Below the pieces are notes generated by a model. The model did not search any database. It worked only from the letters and a program-made list of their open reading frames with translations, and had not been told where the DNA came from. From an uncultured Fidelibacterota bacterium (GTDB lineage: Bacteria > Fidelibacterota > Marinisomatia > Marinisomatales > Marinisomataceae): a stretch of DNA of 64,000 nt. Made by a program: the position numbers and the translations under genes. Positions 46,214-57,154 of the stretch are shown here, in pieces. The stretch covers positions 88,190 through 152,189 of the forward strand of contig CABZMF010000003.1 of NCBI GenBank assembly GCA_902526795.1, written 5' to 3'. The first letter of the stretch is position 1. Each line of letters begins with the position of its first letter.

Positions 46214-46689
46214 ATTATTTTTTAAACATATTAATAGTTTCTTTGGTATTGATAATTTTAGGATTTGGTTTTTCGTTTAACCTTTATTTAAATCAACAAA
46301 TTCCAATAAAAGATTTAAACTCAATTAATGCTCCAGAGTCAAATAAAAGTAAAATTAAATTATTTGAGGATTATTCTTCTCAAACACTAAGAATAGCAGT
46401 TTTGAACGGTTGTGGTGTAAGCGGTTTAGGCAACTCATATGGTAATATCCTAACAAATAGATACGGATTACAAGTAACTAGGATTGAAAATGCAAACAAC
46501 TTTAATTATGAAATAACTACTATTATTATTTTGAGTAAGGATAATCCTAATATTGAAAATTTACTTACTATCATGGGTACAAACATTGATGCAGGTAATG
46601 TTGAATTTGATGCCACAGTTAATCCCAATGAAGATATTCAAATAATCATTGGTAAAGACTATCAAGATTTTCTTAACTTGAATCGATGA
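46210..46689 (+). CDS. Membrane-anchored LytR C-terminal domain protein
   Basis: TM helix, then IAVLNGCGVSGL...ENA.NFNY...IIIGKDY (LytR_C pattern); TTG start. Confidence 0.8.
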   Translation: MNYFLNILIVSLVLIILGFGFSFNLYLNQQIPIKDLNSINAPESNKSKIKLFEDYSSQTLRIAVLNGCGVSGLGNSYGNILTNRYGLQVTRIENANNFNYEITTIIILSKDNPNIENLLTIMGTNIDAGNVEFDATVNPNEDIQIIIGKDYQDFLNLNR

Positions 46690-47015
46690 GTTCAAAACTA
46701 CTACTTAAAGAAATTGTTTCCTTGGCTGATGATAAAAAAGCTGATAATATCGTTGCACTTGATGTTTCAGGTATCACCTCACTTTCAGAATATTTTGTTG
46801 TTTGTTCTGCGCAAAACTTAATACAGGTAAAAGCAATTGCTGATAATATTAAGGACAATGTTACTGAACATCCTTGGAAGACTGAAGGTTATGAAAATGG
46901 CACATGGATTATATTGGATTATGTTGATATTGTAGTTCATATTTTTTTTGAAGAAATGAGATCATACTACGACTTAGAAAGAATTTGGTTTGATGCAAAG
47001 GAAATTAAAGTATGA
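46686..47015 (+). CDS. rsfS: Ribosome silencing factor
   Basis: DKKADNIVALD, YFVVCS, WIILDYVDIVVHIF...YYDLERIW motifs. Confidence 0.95.
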   Translation: MSSKLLLKEIVSLADDKKADNIVALDVSGITSLSEYFVVCSAQNLIQVKAIADNIKDNVTEHPWKTEGYENGTWIILDYVDIVVHIFFEEMRSYYDLERIWFDAKEIKV

Positions 47016-48634
47016 AGTTAAAACAGCTCATGAATGATTTCTTAAGGGACTATCTAAAAGAAAATGATATTAAGTTTGAAGATTGGAGTATCAATGTCAG
47101 TAACCAAGATAGTTTTGGAGATTATTCATCAAATATTGCTTTAAAATTAACTAAACAATTAGAGGAATCTCCAATCAAAATAGCAAACAGTATTGCTAAT
47201 CATAAAAATAATTCGAGTAAAATTTTTACTATAAGTGCATCAAAACCTGGCTTTATAAATTTTCATATTTCAAATGATTACTATCTTAAAGCACTAGACC
47301 AAATTTTAAAAGAAGGAGAAAATTTTGGTAGAAAGAAAGAGTTAAATAAATCGGCAAATGTTGAATTTGTAAGCTGTAATCCAACAGGCCCTTTAACCGT
47401 TGGCCATGGCAGACAAGCTATTCTTGGTGATATGGTTTCAAACATACTTACCTGGAATGGGTATAACGTCACAAGAGAGTATTATTATAATGATGCCGGT
47501 AAACAAATGAGAGTGCTTGCAGAGTCATGCTATGCAAAATATGCACAACAGATTGGCAAGGAGATAGACATGCCTGAAGATGGATATATTGGTACCTATC
47601 TCGATGAAATTGCTCTAAAAATAGTTGAACGTCATGGTAAGAATTTAAAGTCTAATGATCCAATTTTTAGAGATTTTACAGAAAAAGAAATATTCTCAGA
47701 TATCAAAAATACTTTAGAGAGTATTGGTATTAAATTTGATGTTTTTTCAAAGGAAGGTACTTTTTATAAAAACGGAGCTATAAATGATATTCTGAAAAAA
47801 TTTCAAGAAAAAGGATTATCATATAAAAAAGATGGCGCTGTATGGTTTAAAACTTCAGGCTTAGGTAAAAAAGAAGATAAAGTATTAGTTAAGAGCTCTG
47901 GGGAGCCTACTTATAGACTACCAGATATTGCATATCATGCAGATAAAATTGACAGAGGGTTCGATTTAATTGTGGATATTTTTGGTGCTGATCATATTGA
48001 CACATATCCTGACGTATTATTAGGGTTGAAAAGTCTTGATAAAAAAACATCTCATATAAAGGTTGTAATACATCAATTTGTTACAATCAAGAAAGGTGGA
48101 GAAATTGTTAAAATGTCTACTAGAAAAGCCAATTTTATAACACTTAATGAACTAAAAAGTCAATTAAGCTCAGATATAATCAGATACTTCTTCATTATGA
48201 GAGGTGCGAATAGTCATTTGGATTTTGATTTGGATTTAGCTAAAGATGAATCAGAAAAAAATCCAGTTTACTATCTTCAATATGCCAACGCTAGGATATC
48301 GAACTTATTAATAAGATATGATAAAGAAATATCTGATGAAAGAAAAATTGATTTAAGTTTATTAAAAGAAAATGACGAAATTGCACTAGCAAAATTATTG
48401 TCAGAATTCCCGAATAAAATGGAAGAGGTCCTTAAATCTCTCGAACCAAGAAAAATTGCAACATACCTAGAAGAAGTTGCCGCAGCTTATCATAAGTTTT
48501 ACGGTAATCACAAAATAATTAATTTACAAAACCTCGCTTTATCAGCTTCAAGGAAAAAATTATGTGAAGCAACAAAAATTATCTTAAAAAATGGATTGTC
48601 AATTCTTGGTATAAGCGCTCCTGAAAGAATGTAG
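47012..48634 (+). CDS. argS: Arginyl-tRNA synthetase
   Basis: FGDYSSN, EFVSCNPTGPLTVGHGR (HIGH-type), KMSTRKANF, NPVYYLQYANARI, APERM motifs. Confidence 0.97.
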   Translation: MKLKQLMNDFLRDYLKENDIKFEDWSINVSNQDSFGDYSSNIALKLTKQLEESPIKIANSIANHKNNSSKIFTISASKPGFINFHISNDYYLKALDQILKEGENFGRKKELNKSANVEFVSCNPTGPLTVGHGRQAILGDMVSNILTWNGYNVTREYYYNDAGKQMRVLAESCYAKYAQQIGKEIDMPEDGYIGTYLDEIALKIVERHGKNLKSNDPIFRDFTEKEIFSDIKNTLESIGIKFDVFSKEGTFYKNGAINDILKKFQEKGLSYKKDGAVWFKTSGLGKKEDKVLVKSSGEPTYRLPDIAYHADKIDRGFDLIVDIFGADHIDTYPDVLLGLKSLDKKTSHIKVVIHQFVTIKKGGEIVKMSTRKANFITLNELKSQLSSDIIRYFFIMRGANSHLDFDLDLAKDESEKNPVYYLQYANARISNLLIRYDKEISDERKIDLSLLKENDEIALAKLLSEFPNKMEEVLKSLEPRKIATYLEEVAAAYHKFYGNHKIINLQNLALSASRKKLCEATKIILKNGLSILGISAPERM

Positions 48635-48636
48635 TT

Positions 48637-49326
48637 ATGAGCATATTAAGAATTGGACACAGAGGTGCAAAAGGATATATTGCAGAAAACACACTCAATT
48701 CGATAAAAAAAGCTATTCAACTTAATGCAGACGGTGTTGAAATCGATGTTTTTAAATGCTTGAGTGGAGAACTAGTACTTTCACACGATGAAAACCTAAA
48801 AAGTATGACTGGTAAATCAGGTATAATTGAAAATTTAACTTTAAAAGAGCTTGATGATTATTTAATTCATGGTAAATATAAAATTTGCACGTTGAACGAA
48901 ATTTTAGAAAAAATTTTAGATCCGATTTTGATAAATATTGAGCTAAAAGGATATAATACAGCCACAGCAACATCTACAATTATTAATGAATTCACAATGA
49001 ATAGTGATTGGAATATTGAACACTTTGTTATTTCGAGTTTTAAATGGATTGAACTTGAAAAATTAAGATCATTTGATAATTACATACCAATAGGTGTATT
49101 GGTCAATCAATTTATGGATTTAAATAAGGCTATTGAATTTGGTAAAAAAATTAATGCTAAAGCCATACATCCCAATTATAATTTGTTAGACAAAAGAACA
49201 ATCACAAAAATTAAAAATAATGGTTTTAAAGTACATACATGGACAGTGAATGATGAAAATGATATTAATAATATGAAAAAATTGAATGTAGATGGTATAA
49301 TATCTGACTATCCAGATCGAATTTAA
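48637..49326 (+). CDS. Glycerophosphodiester phosphodiesterase
   Basis: IGHRGA...ENT, EIDV, NIELK, WTVND and DGIISDYPD motifs. Confidence 0.92.
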   Translation: MSILRIGHRGAKGYIAENTLNSIKKAIQLNADGVEIDVFKCLSGELVLSHDENLKSMTGKSGIIENLTLKELDDYLIHGKYKICTLNEILEKILDPILINIELKGYNTATATSTIINEFTMNSDWNIEHFVISSFKWIELEKLRSFDNYIPIGVLVNQFMDLNKAIEFGKKINAKAIHPNYNLLDKRTITKIKNNGFKVHTWTVNDENDINNMKKLNVDGIISDYPDRI

Positions 49327-49334
49327 AAATTTAG

Positions 49335-49679
49335 TGGAGGCGGGGAGAATCGAACTCCCGTCCAAAATAGAGAAAGAGTAGACTTCTACATGTTTAGTTT
49401 CTTGTTCATATTTCACTAAATATCTGTACAAGAACAAACAGTCATTTAGCAATCTTCAAAGGTTTCATTTATTTAACTGAAGCAGAAAAATAAACTATCT
49501 CATTTTTATGACACCATTCAGCGAACGATGAGAAACGTCTACTGAAGATGGGCTTTAGCAATTAAGCAAAAGCCATTTGGCCATTATCGGCACTTAACAT
49601 AGTTTAGAAGTTTAAAGAGTTACTAAGCTCTACATGCAATCTAAAATTCCGATCTAAAATGTCGAAACCTGTCGCCCCC
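49335..49679 (-). ncRNA. ssrA: tmRNA, tag reading frame 49591-49562 encoding (A)ADNGQMAFA*
   Basis: 5' end GGGGGCGACAGGTTTCGAC; 3' end GGACGGGAGTTCGATTCTCCCCGCCTCCA with a G3:U Ala identity pair; resume context TTAAGT-GCC. CCA is not encoded. Confidence 0.95.
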
Positions 49680-49719
49680 AATTTTCAAATAGAACAGAAG
49701 ATACAACACATTATGGAAA

Positions 49720-49797
49720 CAAAAAAGGCTCTGTAGCGCCAACCCCAGAGCCTTTTCGATTGCTTGTATTTGCTTACAATAATCTAATTTTAGACTT
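49720..49797 (-). ncRNA. Candidate ~75-80 nt small RNA or terminated leader upstream of ssrA
   Basis: Promoter-like TTGACC (49831-26), 18-nt spacer, TAGTTT (49807-02). A 5' hairpin AGTCTA/TAGATT is followed by the terminator hairpin below. The 5' end is estimated. Confidence 0.5.
49721..49756 (-). terminator. Rho-independent terminator hairpin with UUGGCG hexaloop
   Basis: AAAAGGCUCUG-G-GG-[UUGGCG]-CU-A-CAGAGCCUUUUUU on the minus strand. Confidence 0.8.
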
Positions 49798-49923
49798 ACG
49801 CAAACTAATAATAAATTTTTCAATTGGTCAATATTTTTTATTTTAAATTTCAAAAAAATTTTTAGAAATGACTTTTTAAGAGTATTAATTTAAATTTTAT
49901 GAGTTATATTTTAGCCTAGTTTT

Positions 49924-49995
49924 GCCTCCGTAGCTCAATGGTAGAGCAGGGGCCTTTTAAGCCCTTGGTTGTAGGTTCGAGTCCTTCCGGGGGTA
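49924..49995 (+). tRNA. tRNA-Lys(UUU)
   Basis: Acceptor stem GCCTCCG/CGGGGGT (G1:U72 and U4:G69 wobbles), anticodon arm GGGGC-CT-TTT-AA-GCCCT, T arm GTAGG-TTCGAGT-CCTTC (one mismatch). CCA is not encoded. Confidence 0.95.
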
Positions 49996-50019
49996 CTATT
50001 TTGGGGAAATCTTATAATT

Positions 50020-52836
50020 ATGTCTGAATTTCATAATAAACATATTGGTCCTTCACAAAAGGAAATCGACGAAATGTTGCAATATCTCGGTTGCGACTCT
50101 TTAAACGATCTTCTTAGAAATATTGTGCCAAAAAATATATTAGATATTGATGACACATCTATTGGAAATGAAGTTTTTTCTGAAAATGATATTTTAAAAT
50201 ATGTTAAGGATATTGGTAGTAAAAACTTAGTTCATAGGTCATTAATTGGACAAGGATATTATGATACAATTACTCCTAACGTTATACTTAGAAATATTCT
50301 AGAAAATCCCGGTTGGTATACTCAGTATACACCCTATCAACCTGAAATTTCTCAAGGAAGATTAGAGGCTCTTCTAAACTATCAAACAATGATTACTCAA
50401 ATCACTGCACTACCTATTGCTAATGCCTCCCTTTTGGATGAAGGCACTGCTGCTAGTGAAGCAATGCTCATGCTTTTCCGCAAAAATAAATCTGAAAAAA
50501 AGCAGTTCTTAGTTGATGAAGAATGTTTTCAACAAACAATAGATGTTATTATCTCAAGAGCTAAACCACTAGATATTGAAATTATTATTACCGATTTTAA
50601 TAGTTTTGACTTTACAAATGCTTTTGGATGTATTATTCAGTACCCAAATAGATATGGATACATATCATCAAAAAAACATTATAAAAATATTGTTTCAAAA
50701 GCACATGAATCAAATTGCAAAGTAATTTTTGCAAGCGATCTAATGTGTTTACAGCTTTTTGAAGCTCCAGGAAATTTAGGAGCCGATATTTCTGTTGGTA
50801 ATAGTCAACGTTTTGGTGTTCCTCTTGGATACGGCGGCCCACACGCTGCATTCATGTCAACGAGCGAAGAATTTAAAAGGGATATCCCCGGCAGAATTGT
50901 TGGCGTATCGCAAGACAGAAAAGGTAATCAAGCATATAGATTAACTCTTCAAACTCGTGAACAACATATAAGAAGAGAAAAAGCAACCTCAAATATTTGT
51001 ACCGCACAAGTTTTATTAGCTATCATTTCAGGAATGTATGCATTGTTTCATGGTCCTGAAGAATTAAAAAATATTGCAAAAAGAATACATAGCCATACAA
51101 GAGAACTTGCTAATAAAATCTCAAAACTTGGGCATGAAATTGTAATTAAAGACAATGTTTTTTTTGACACAATAGCAGTGAAATTATCAAATATTGATGT
51201 GGATGAATTAAAAAAAAGAGCGCTGGCACACAATTTTAATTTAATGTATCACAAAAATGGTCTTGTCGGCATCTCATTAGATGAAAAAACAAATTATAGG
51301 GAGGTTGAAACAATTGCAGAATTATTTGATGTTGGAAATGATTCCAAAAATTCTATTGAAATTTTCAAACCAAATAGAAGTGGAGATTTTTTAACTCATC
51401 CTATTTTTTGTAGTGTCAATTCTGAAACTCAAATGCTTAGATATATAAATAAGTTAGAAAAAAGAGATCTTTCTTTAAACTACAGTATGATACCACTTGG
51501 ATCATGTACCATGAAGCTTAATGCTACTGTTGAAATGATACCAATTAGTTGGGAAGAATTCAATTCAATTCACCCATTTGCTCCATTAAACCAAGCTAAG
51601 GGTTATGAGAAAATTATCAATCATCTTGAAGAAATGCTCTATAAGGTTACAGGATTTGACGCTGTATCTTTTCAGCCAAATTCTGGTGCTCAAGGTGAAT
51701 ACGCAGGTCTTCTAAGTATTAGAGAATATCACAAAGCAAATAATTCCAATAGGGATATATGTTTAATACCAGAGTCAGCACATGGCACGAATCCAGCTAG
51801 TGCAATTATGGCTGGTTTAAAAGTTGTTATAGTAAAATGTGATGATCACGGAAATATAGATTTTAAGGATTTGAATGAAAAAGTTGACGAAGCTGGTGAC
51901 AGGTTGTCATCATTGATGGTTACTTATCCATCTACTCATGGTGTATTTGAACATAATATTGATGAAATATGCGATTTAATTCATAATAACGGTGGCCTAG
52001 TTTATATGGATGGAGCAAACTTGAATGCAATGGTAGGTGTATGTAAACCAGGAAAATTTGGTGTAGATGTTATGCATATTAACCTTCATAAAACTTTTTG
52101 TATACCTCATGGCGGAGGCGGACCAGGAATGGGTCCTATCTGTGTTAATGAAAAATTAAAGCCCCATCTTCCAAAACATAGTTTCACTGATAAAAATTTC
52201 TCTTATTCAGTATCATCTTCACCATTTGGAAGCGCCAGTATATTATTGATTTCTTATATCTATATGAAATTAATGGCAGCAAACGGTCTTTTAAAAGCTT
52301 CACAAGTTGCGATTCTATCTGCAAACTATATGGCGAAAAGATTAGAAAAAGATTACTCCATTTTATATAGAGGAAAAAGTGGTTTAAATGCACATGAGTT
52401 TATTGTTGATTGCAGATCATTTAAAGCAACTGCAAATATTACAAATGAAGATATTGCTAAAAGATTGATTGATTACGGATTTCATGCACCAACTATGTCA
52501 TGGCCGATTCCAGGAACATTAATGATTGAACCAACAGAGAGTGAAACAAAACCAGAACTTGATAAATTCTGCGACGCCATGATAGCAATAAAAAAAGAGA
52601 TCATAGAAATAGAGTCTGGGGAAATGCCAAAAGATGATAATGTGTTAGTAAATGCTCCTCATACAGTACATGATATTTGTGATAATTGGAATCATCCTTA
52701 TTCAAAAGAGTATGCTGTTTTTCCTACACAATGGAATAGAGAAAATAAATTTTGGCCATATGTTTCTAGAATAGATAATGCTTTTGGAGATAGGAATTTT
52801 TTCTGTGTGTGCCCAGATATCGATTCATATAAATAA
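50020..52836 (+). CDS. gcvP: Glycine dehydrogenase (decarboxylating), single-chain P protein
   Basis: YTQYTPYQPEISQGRLE, QHIRREKATSNICTAQ, SMIPLGSCTMKLN, NLHKTFCIPHGGGGPG (PLP Lys), MIEPTESE motifs. Confidence 0.97.
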   Translation: MSEFHNKHIGPSQKEIDEMLQYLGCDSLNDLLRNIVPKNILDIDDTSIGNEVFSENDILKYVKDIGSKNLVHRSLIGQGYYDTITPNVILRNILENPGWYTQYTPYQPEISQGRLEALLNYQTMITQITALPIANASLLDEGTAASEAMLMLFRKNKSEKKQFLVDEECFQQTIDVIISRAKPLDIEIIITDFNSFDFTNAFGCIIQYPNRYGYISSKKHYKNIVSKAHESNCKVIFASDLMCLQLFEAPGNLGADISVGNSQRFGVPLGYGGPHAAFMSTSEEFKRDIPGRIVGVSQDRKGNQAYRLTLQTREQHIRREKATSNICTAQVLLAIISGMYALFHGPEELKNIAKRIHSHTRELANKISKLGHEIVIKDNVFFDTIAVKLSNIDVDELKKRALAHNFNLMYHKNGLVGISLDEKTNYREVETIAELFDVGNDSKNSIEIFKPNRSGDFLTHPIFCSVNSETQMLRYINKLEKRDLSLNYSMIPLGSCTMKLNATVEMIPISWEEFNSIHPFAPLNQAKGYEKIINHLEEMLYKVTGFDAVSFQPNSGAQGEYAGLLSIREYHKANNSNRDICLIPESAHGTNPASAIMAGLKVVIVKCDDHGNIDFKDLNEKVDEAGDRLSSLMVTYPSTHGVFEHNIDEICDLIHNNGGLVYMDGANLNAMVGVCKPGKFGVDVMHINLHKTFCIPHGGGGPGMGPICVNEKLKPHLPKHSFTDKNFSYSVSSSPFGSASILLISYIYMKLMAANGLLKASQVAILSANYMAKRLEKDYSILYRGKSGLNAHEFIVDCRSFKATANITNEDIAKRLIDYGFHAPTMSWPIPGTLMIEPTESETKPELDKFCDAMIAIKKEIIEIESGEMPKDDNVLVNAPHTVHDICDNWNHPYSKEYAVFPTQWNRENKFWPYVSRIDNAFGDRNFFCVCPDIDSYK

Positions 52837-52844
52837 AGTTTAAA

Positions 52845-55800
52845 CTATTTAAAGTAATCTTGAAGCGCTTTCACACTTATTTCATCTAAATGCTTCATAG
52901 AATCTATAGCTGCTCTTGCACCTGAAAGAGTGGTTATTGTCAAAATATTCTTCATAACTGATGTTTTACCAATTGCTTCTTCATCAAATCTGGATTGCGG
53001 TCCCTCAGGTGTATTAATTACTAATTGAATATTATCATTTAAAATTTTATCAACAACATTTGGTCTTCCTTCACCAACTTTAAACATATCATTACAGATA
53101 ATTCCATGCTCATTTAAAAACTTACAAGTACCCTTGGTAGCAACAAGACTAAACCCTAAATCCATTAAGCTTTTTGCTATTGAAACAAGACCTACCCTGT
53201 CAGTTTTATTCACAGATAAAAAGGCTGTACCTTGTTTTGGAACATTATATCCATCTGACTTCATTGCTTTTAAGAAAGCACTTCCAGTGCTCATATCAAT
53301 ACCCATTACCTCACCTGTAGATTTCATTTCAGGGCCTAAAAAAACCTTTTCATCTTTAAACTTTTTAAATGGTAGAACCGCTTTCTTAACAGCATAATGT
53401 TCAAAATTATTTTTTTGCAATTTAAAATCATTTAGTGATTTACCAACTGAAATTTGCGCGGCTATATTTGCCAACGGGACATTGGTATACTTACTTACAA
53501 ATGGAACTGTACGACTTGATCTTGGGTTTACCTCCAAAACATATACTTTATCATTTTTTACAGCAAATTGAAGGTTAATCAGACCTACTACTTTAAGCTC
53601 TAGTGCTAATTTAGCCGTTATAGATTCTATTTCTTTTTTAACTGAATTACTTACTTCGTATGGAGGAATTACGCATGAAGAATCACCAGAATGAACCCCA
53701 GCTTCTTCAATGTGCTGCATGATACCTCCAATAAAAACTTCTTTTCCATCACAAAGGGCATCAACATCAAACTCAAATGCATTTTCTATAAATTGATCAA
53801 TTAAAATTGGGTGATCATTTGTTGCTTCAGCTGATTTAAAAACATAATCTACTAGTTGCTCTTTGGAGTATACGATTTGCATTGCTCTTCCACCTAATAC
53901 AAAGCTTGGTCGAACTAATACAGGAAATTTAGCAGTTTCGGCATAACTATAAATGTCATCATAATTTTTGGCAACACAATACTCGGGAGTTAAAATTTTT
54001 AGTTTATCAATTACTTTAGCGAACTCTTCTCTGTTTTCAGCAAGGTTAATACTATTAGATGAAGTACCATATATTTTGACACCTGCAGAATTAAGTTGGT
54101 TAGCAATTTTTAAAGGTGTTTGCCCTCCAAATTGTACTAACACGCCATCTGGCTTTTCAAAATCGATAATATTCATGATATCTTCAAATGTAATAGGCTC
54201 GAAATATAATCTATCTGCTAAATCAAAATCAGTGGATACAGTTTCCGGATTACAATTAACCATTATTGATTTATAGCCAGCATCCCTTAAACCAAATACT
54301 GCTTGCACACAACAGTAATCAAACTCTATTCCTTGTCCAATCCTATTTGGTCCGCCTCCTAAAATCATAATTTTTTTACCATTTAAAGGCTTTAAGTCAT
54401 TCATTGATTCATATGTTGAATATGAATATGGAGTTTCAGCTTCAAACTCGCCAGCGCAAGTATCAACTAACTTAAAAACAGGTATTATCCCTTGATTAAT
54501 TCGCATTTCTCTTACTTCATCTTCATCTATATTATTTAAACGTGCTATTTGTAAATCTGAAAATCCATTCTTCTTCAAATATTCTAGATTTTCTAAAGAG
54601 AAATGTTCTTTTTCAATATTAACTATTTTCTGTATTTCTCTTAAAAACCATGGATCTATTCCTGTATTTTTATGGATTTCATCTATCGAATATTCCTGCT
54701 TAATAGCTTCTTTAACTTTTAGCATTCTAAATGCACTTCCATCATTTAGAGACTTAATATCTAGCTCTCTAAATCGTTTAATGTCTTTATCGTCTTCCCT
54801 TGGATCTTTAGTTTCAAAACCTGGTAAATTTAACTCAAGTGAACGATAAGCTTTTTGAAAAGACTCACGAAATGTTCTTCCAATTGCCATTGCTTCTCCA
54901 ACAGATTGCATTTGAACTCCAAGTTTTCCAGAAGCCGATGAAAATTTTTCAAAATCAAATCTTGGAAGCTTTGTTACTATATAATCAATTGTTGGTTCAA
55001 AAGCAGCTAACGTTCTATTGGTTATATCATTCTTTAACTCGTCAAGCGAATAACCAACAGCTAATTTTGCAGCAATTTTAGCTATCGGAAATCCAGTTGC
55101 TTTTGAAGCAAGTGCAGAGGATCGACTTACTCTTGGATTCATTTCTATTATCACCATCCTGCCATCTTCTGGATTTACTGCAAATTGTACATTTGATCCT
55201 CCAGTATCAACTCCAATTTTTCTAATACATTTTATTGCAGCGTTTCGCATTATTTGAAATTCTTTATCACTTAATGTCATTGCAGGCGCAATCGTTATTG
55301 AATCGCCAGTATGAATACCCATCGGATCTATATTTTCAATTGAACAAATAATTATAACGTTGTCATTTAAATCTCTTATGAGTTCTAATTCGTATTCTTT
55401 CCATCCGTTAAGGTATTCTTCAACTAAAACTTGTCCTGTAGGGCTCTCTTTTAAGCCTTTGTTAACTGATACTTCAAATTCTTCTTCATGATATGCTACC
55501 GAACCTCCAGAACCGCCCAAAGTGAATGAAGGTCTTATAATTGCAGGTAAAGAAATTTTATCCAGAAGCTTTTTAGCTTCTTCTAAAGATTTGACTGTAT
55601 AACCATATGGTAAATCAAGACCAATTTCAAGCATTGCTTGCTTAAACATCTCGCGACTCTCAGCAGTTTCTATTGCTGTTCTATTCGCTCCGATTAATTC
55701 TACATTATATTTTTTAAGAATACCTTCTTCGTCAAGCTTCATGGCCACATTTAAAGCTGTTTGTCCTCCAACTGTCGGTAGAATAGCATCTGGTTTTTCT

Positions 55801-56039
55801 TTTTTTATTATTTCCTCAACATATTCTACTGAAATAGGTTCTATATATGTTTTATCTGAAAATTGCGGGTCTGTCATTATTGTCGCTGGATTAGAATTAA
55901 TTAATACCACACGATAACCTTCTTCTTTTAACGCCTTTATAGCTTGAGTTCCTGAATAATCAAACTCACAGCCTTGACCAATGACAATTGGTCCTGCACC
56001 AATAACAAGTATTGTATCTATATCATTTCTTTTTGGCAT
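52845..56039 (-). CDS. carB: Carbamoyl-phosphate synthase large subunit
   Basis: [50 protein letters not shown]-terminal MGS domain. Confidence 0.98.
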   Translation of the reverse strand: MPKRNDIDTILVIGAGPIVIGQGCEFDYSGTQAIKALKEEGYRVVLINSNPATIMTDPQFSDKTYIEPISVEYVEEIIKKEKPDAILPTVGGQTALNVAMKLDEEGILKKYNVELIGANRTAIETAESREMFKQAMLEIGLDLPYGYTVKSLEEAKKLLDKISLPAIIRPSFTLGGSGGSVAYHEEEFEVSVNKGLKESPTGQVLVEEYLNGWKEYELELIRDLNDNVIIICSIENIDPMGIHTGDSITIAPAMTLSDKEFQIMRNAAIKCIRKIGVDTGGSNVQFAVNPEDGRMVIIEMNPRVSRSSALASKATGFPIAKIAAKLAVGYSLDELKNDITNRTLAAFEPTIDYIVTKLPRFDFEKFSSASGKLGVQMQSVGEAMAIGRTFRESFQKAYRSLELNLPGFETKDPREDDKDIKRFRELDIKSLNDGSAFRMLKVKEAIKQEYSIDEIHKNTGIDPWFLREIQKIVNIEKEHFSLENLEYLKKNGFSDLQIARLNNIDEDEVREMRINQGIIPVFKLVDTCAGEFEAETPYSYSTYESMNDLKPLNGKKIMILGGGPNRIGQGIEFDYCCVQAVFGLRDAGYKSIMVNCNPETVSTDFDLADRLYFEPITFEDIMNIIDFEKPDGVLVQFGGQTPLKIANQLNSAGVKIYGTSSNSINLAENREEFAKVIDKLKILTPEYCVAKNYDDIYSYAETAKFPVLVRPSFVLGGRAMQIVYSKEQLVDYVFKSAEATNDHPILIDQFIENAFEFDVDALCDGKEVFIGGIMQHIEEAGVHSGDSSCVIPPYEVSNSVKKEIESITAKLALELKVVGLINLQFAVKNDKVYVLEVNPRSSRTVPFVSKYTNVPLANIAAQISVGKSLNDFKLQKNNFEHYAVKKAVLPFKKFKDEKVFLGPEMKSTGEVMGIDMSTGSAFLKAMKSDGYNVPKQGTAFLSVNKTDRVGLVSIAKSLMDLGFSLVATKGTCKFLNEHGIICNDMFKVGEGRPNVVDKILNDNIQLVINTPEGPQSRFDEEAIGKTSVMKNILTITTLSGARAAIDSMKHLDEISVKALQDYFK

Positions 56040-57126
56040 TTTTGTCCATCATTTGGAAGAATTCTCTGAAAACATATCTTGAATCATGTGGTCCCGGGCT
56101 TGCTTCTGGGTGATACTGCACCGAATATGCTGATATATTTTTACAACTAATACCAGCAATTGTATCATCATTTAAATGCTTATGTGTAATAGTAACATTT
56201 TTTGGAAGAGTCTTTTTATCAACAGCAAAACCATGATTTTGAGAAGTAATTTCAATTTTATTAGTAATTAAGTTTTTTACAGGTTGGTTAATTCCTCTAT
56301 GTCCAAATTTCATCTTAAATGTACTAGCACCCAATGCAAGAGCTAAAATTTGATGACCTAAACATATTCCAAAAATTGGTTTTTTACCTAATAAGTTTTT
56401 AACTGTCTCTATTCCATATGTAACAGCTGCTGGGTCCCCGGGACCGTTTGACAGAAACACTCCATCAGGATTAGACGCAAGTATTTCTTCGGACGTAACA
56501 TCAGCAGGAAAAATTTCAACTTCCGCATTATTATCAATCATAATATCATATATATTGCTTTTCATTCCAAAATCAATAGCTGCAATTTTATAAGCAGGAC
56601 TACTAGTTTTAGATAAAAGTGTTTTCTCTTTTCTTGCTACTTTTATTGCCAGATCTTGTCCTTCCATATTTGGAATGTTTCCAATTTTCTCAGCTAAACT
56701 ATCATTATCAAAATCTTCTGTTGAAATAATTCCTCTCATTGCACCTTTTTTTCTTATGTGAATAGTTAGAGCCCTAGTATCGACATCTTGGATACCTACT
56801 ATATTATGTTTTAACAAAAAAGATGTTAATGATTGTTCAGATCTCCAATTTGATGGTTTAAGAGAATCGCTTTTGACAATAAAACCTGTAGCATAAATCT
56901 TTTGTGATTCAGTATCCTCATTATTTGTACCATAGTTACCGATATGAGGACTGCTCATTACAATCATTTGTTCAGCGTATGAAGGATCGGTTAGAATTTC
57001 TTGATAACCAGTCATCCCTGTATTAAAGCAAACTTCTCCATAAGTTTCTCCATGAGAACCTAGACTTTTTCCCACAAAAAAAAGGCCATCCTCAAGAAAC
57101 AGGATAGCCTTTTTTAATTTTTGCAT
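56023..57126 (-). CDS. carA: Carbamoyl-phosphate synthase small subunit
   Basis: [45 protein letters not shown] motifs. Confidence 0.98.
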   Translation of the reverse strand: MQKLKKAILFLEDGLFFVGKSLGSHGETYGEVCFNTGMTGYQEILTDPSYAEQMIVMSSPHIGNYGTNNEDTESQKIYATGFIVKSDSLKPSNWRSEQSLTSFLLKHNIVGIQDVDTRALTIHIRKKGAMRGIISTEDFDNDSLAEKIGNIPNMEGQDLAIKVARKEKTLLSKTSSPAYKIAAIDFGMKSNIYDIMIDNNAEVEIFPADVTSEEILASNPDGVFLSNGPGDPAAVTYGIETVKNLLGKKPIFGICLGHQILALALGASTFKMKFGHRGINQPVKNLITNKIEITSQNHGFAVDKKTLPKNVTITHKHLNDDTIAGISCKNISAYSVQYHPEASPGPHDSRYVFREFFQMMDKNAKKK

Positions 57127-57154
57127 GGCCTATTTTAAACCAATTAAATAAAAA

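Noticed and set aside
49641-49853. 70-aa minus-strand ORF
   Set aside because: It runs through a promoter, a terminator and the tmRNA 5' end, and has no RBS or recognisable domain.
49327-50019. tmRNA and tRNA-Lys as integration sites for an island or prophage
   Set aside because: No integrase, no duplicated 3' ends and no foreign gene block; housekeeping genes abut both RNAs.
49996-50019. Glycine riboswitch ahead of gcvP
   Set aside because: Only 24 nt separate tRNA-Lys from the ATG, which leaves no room for an aptamer.
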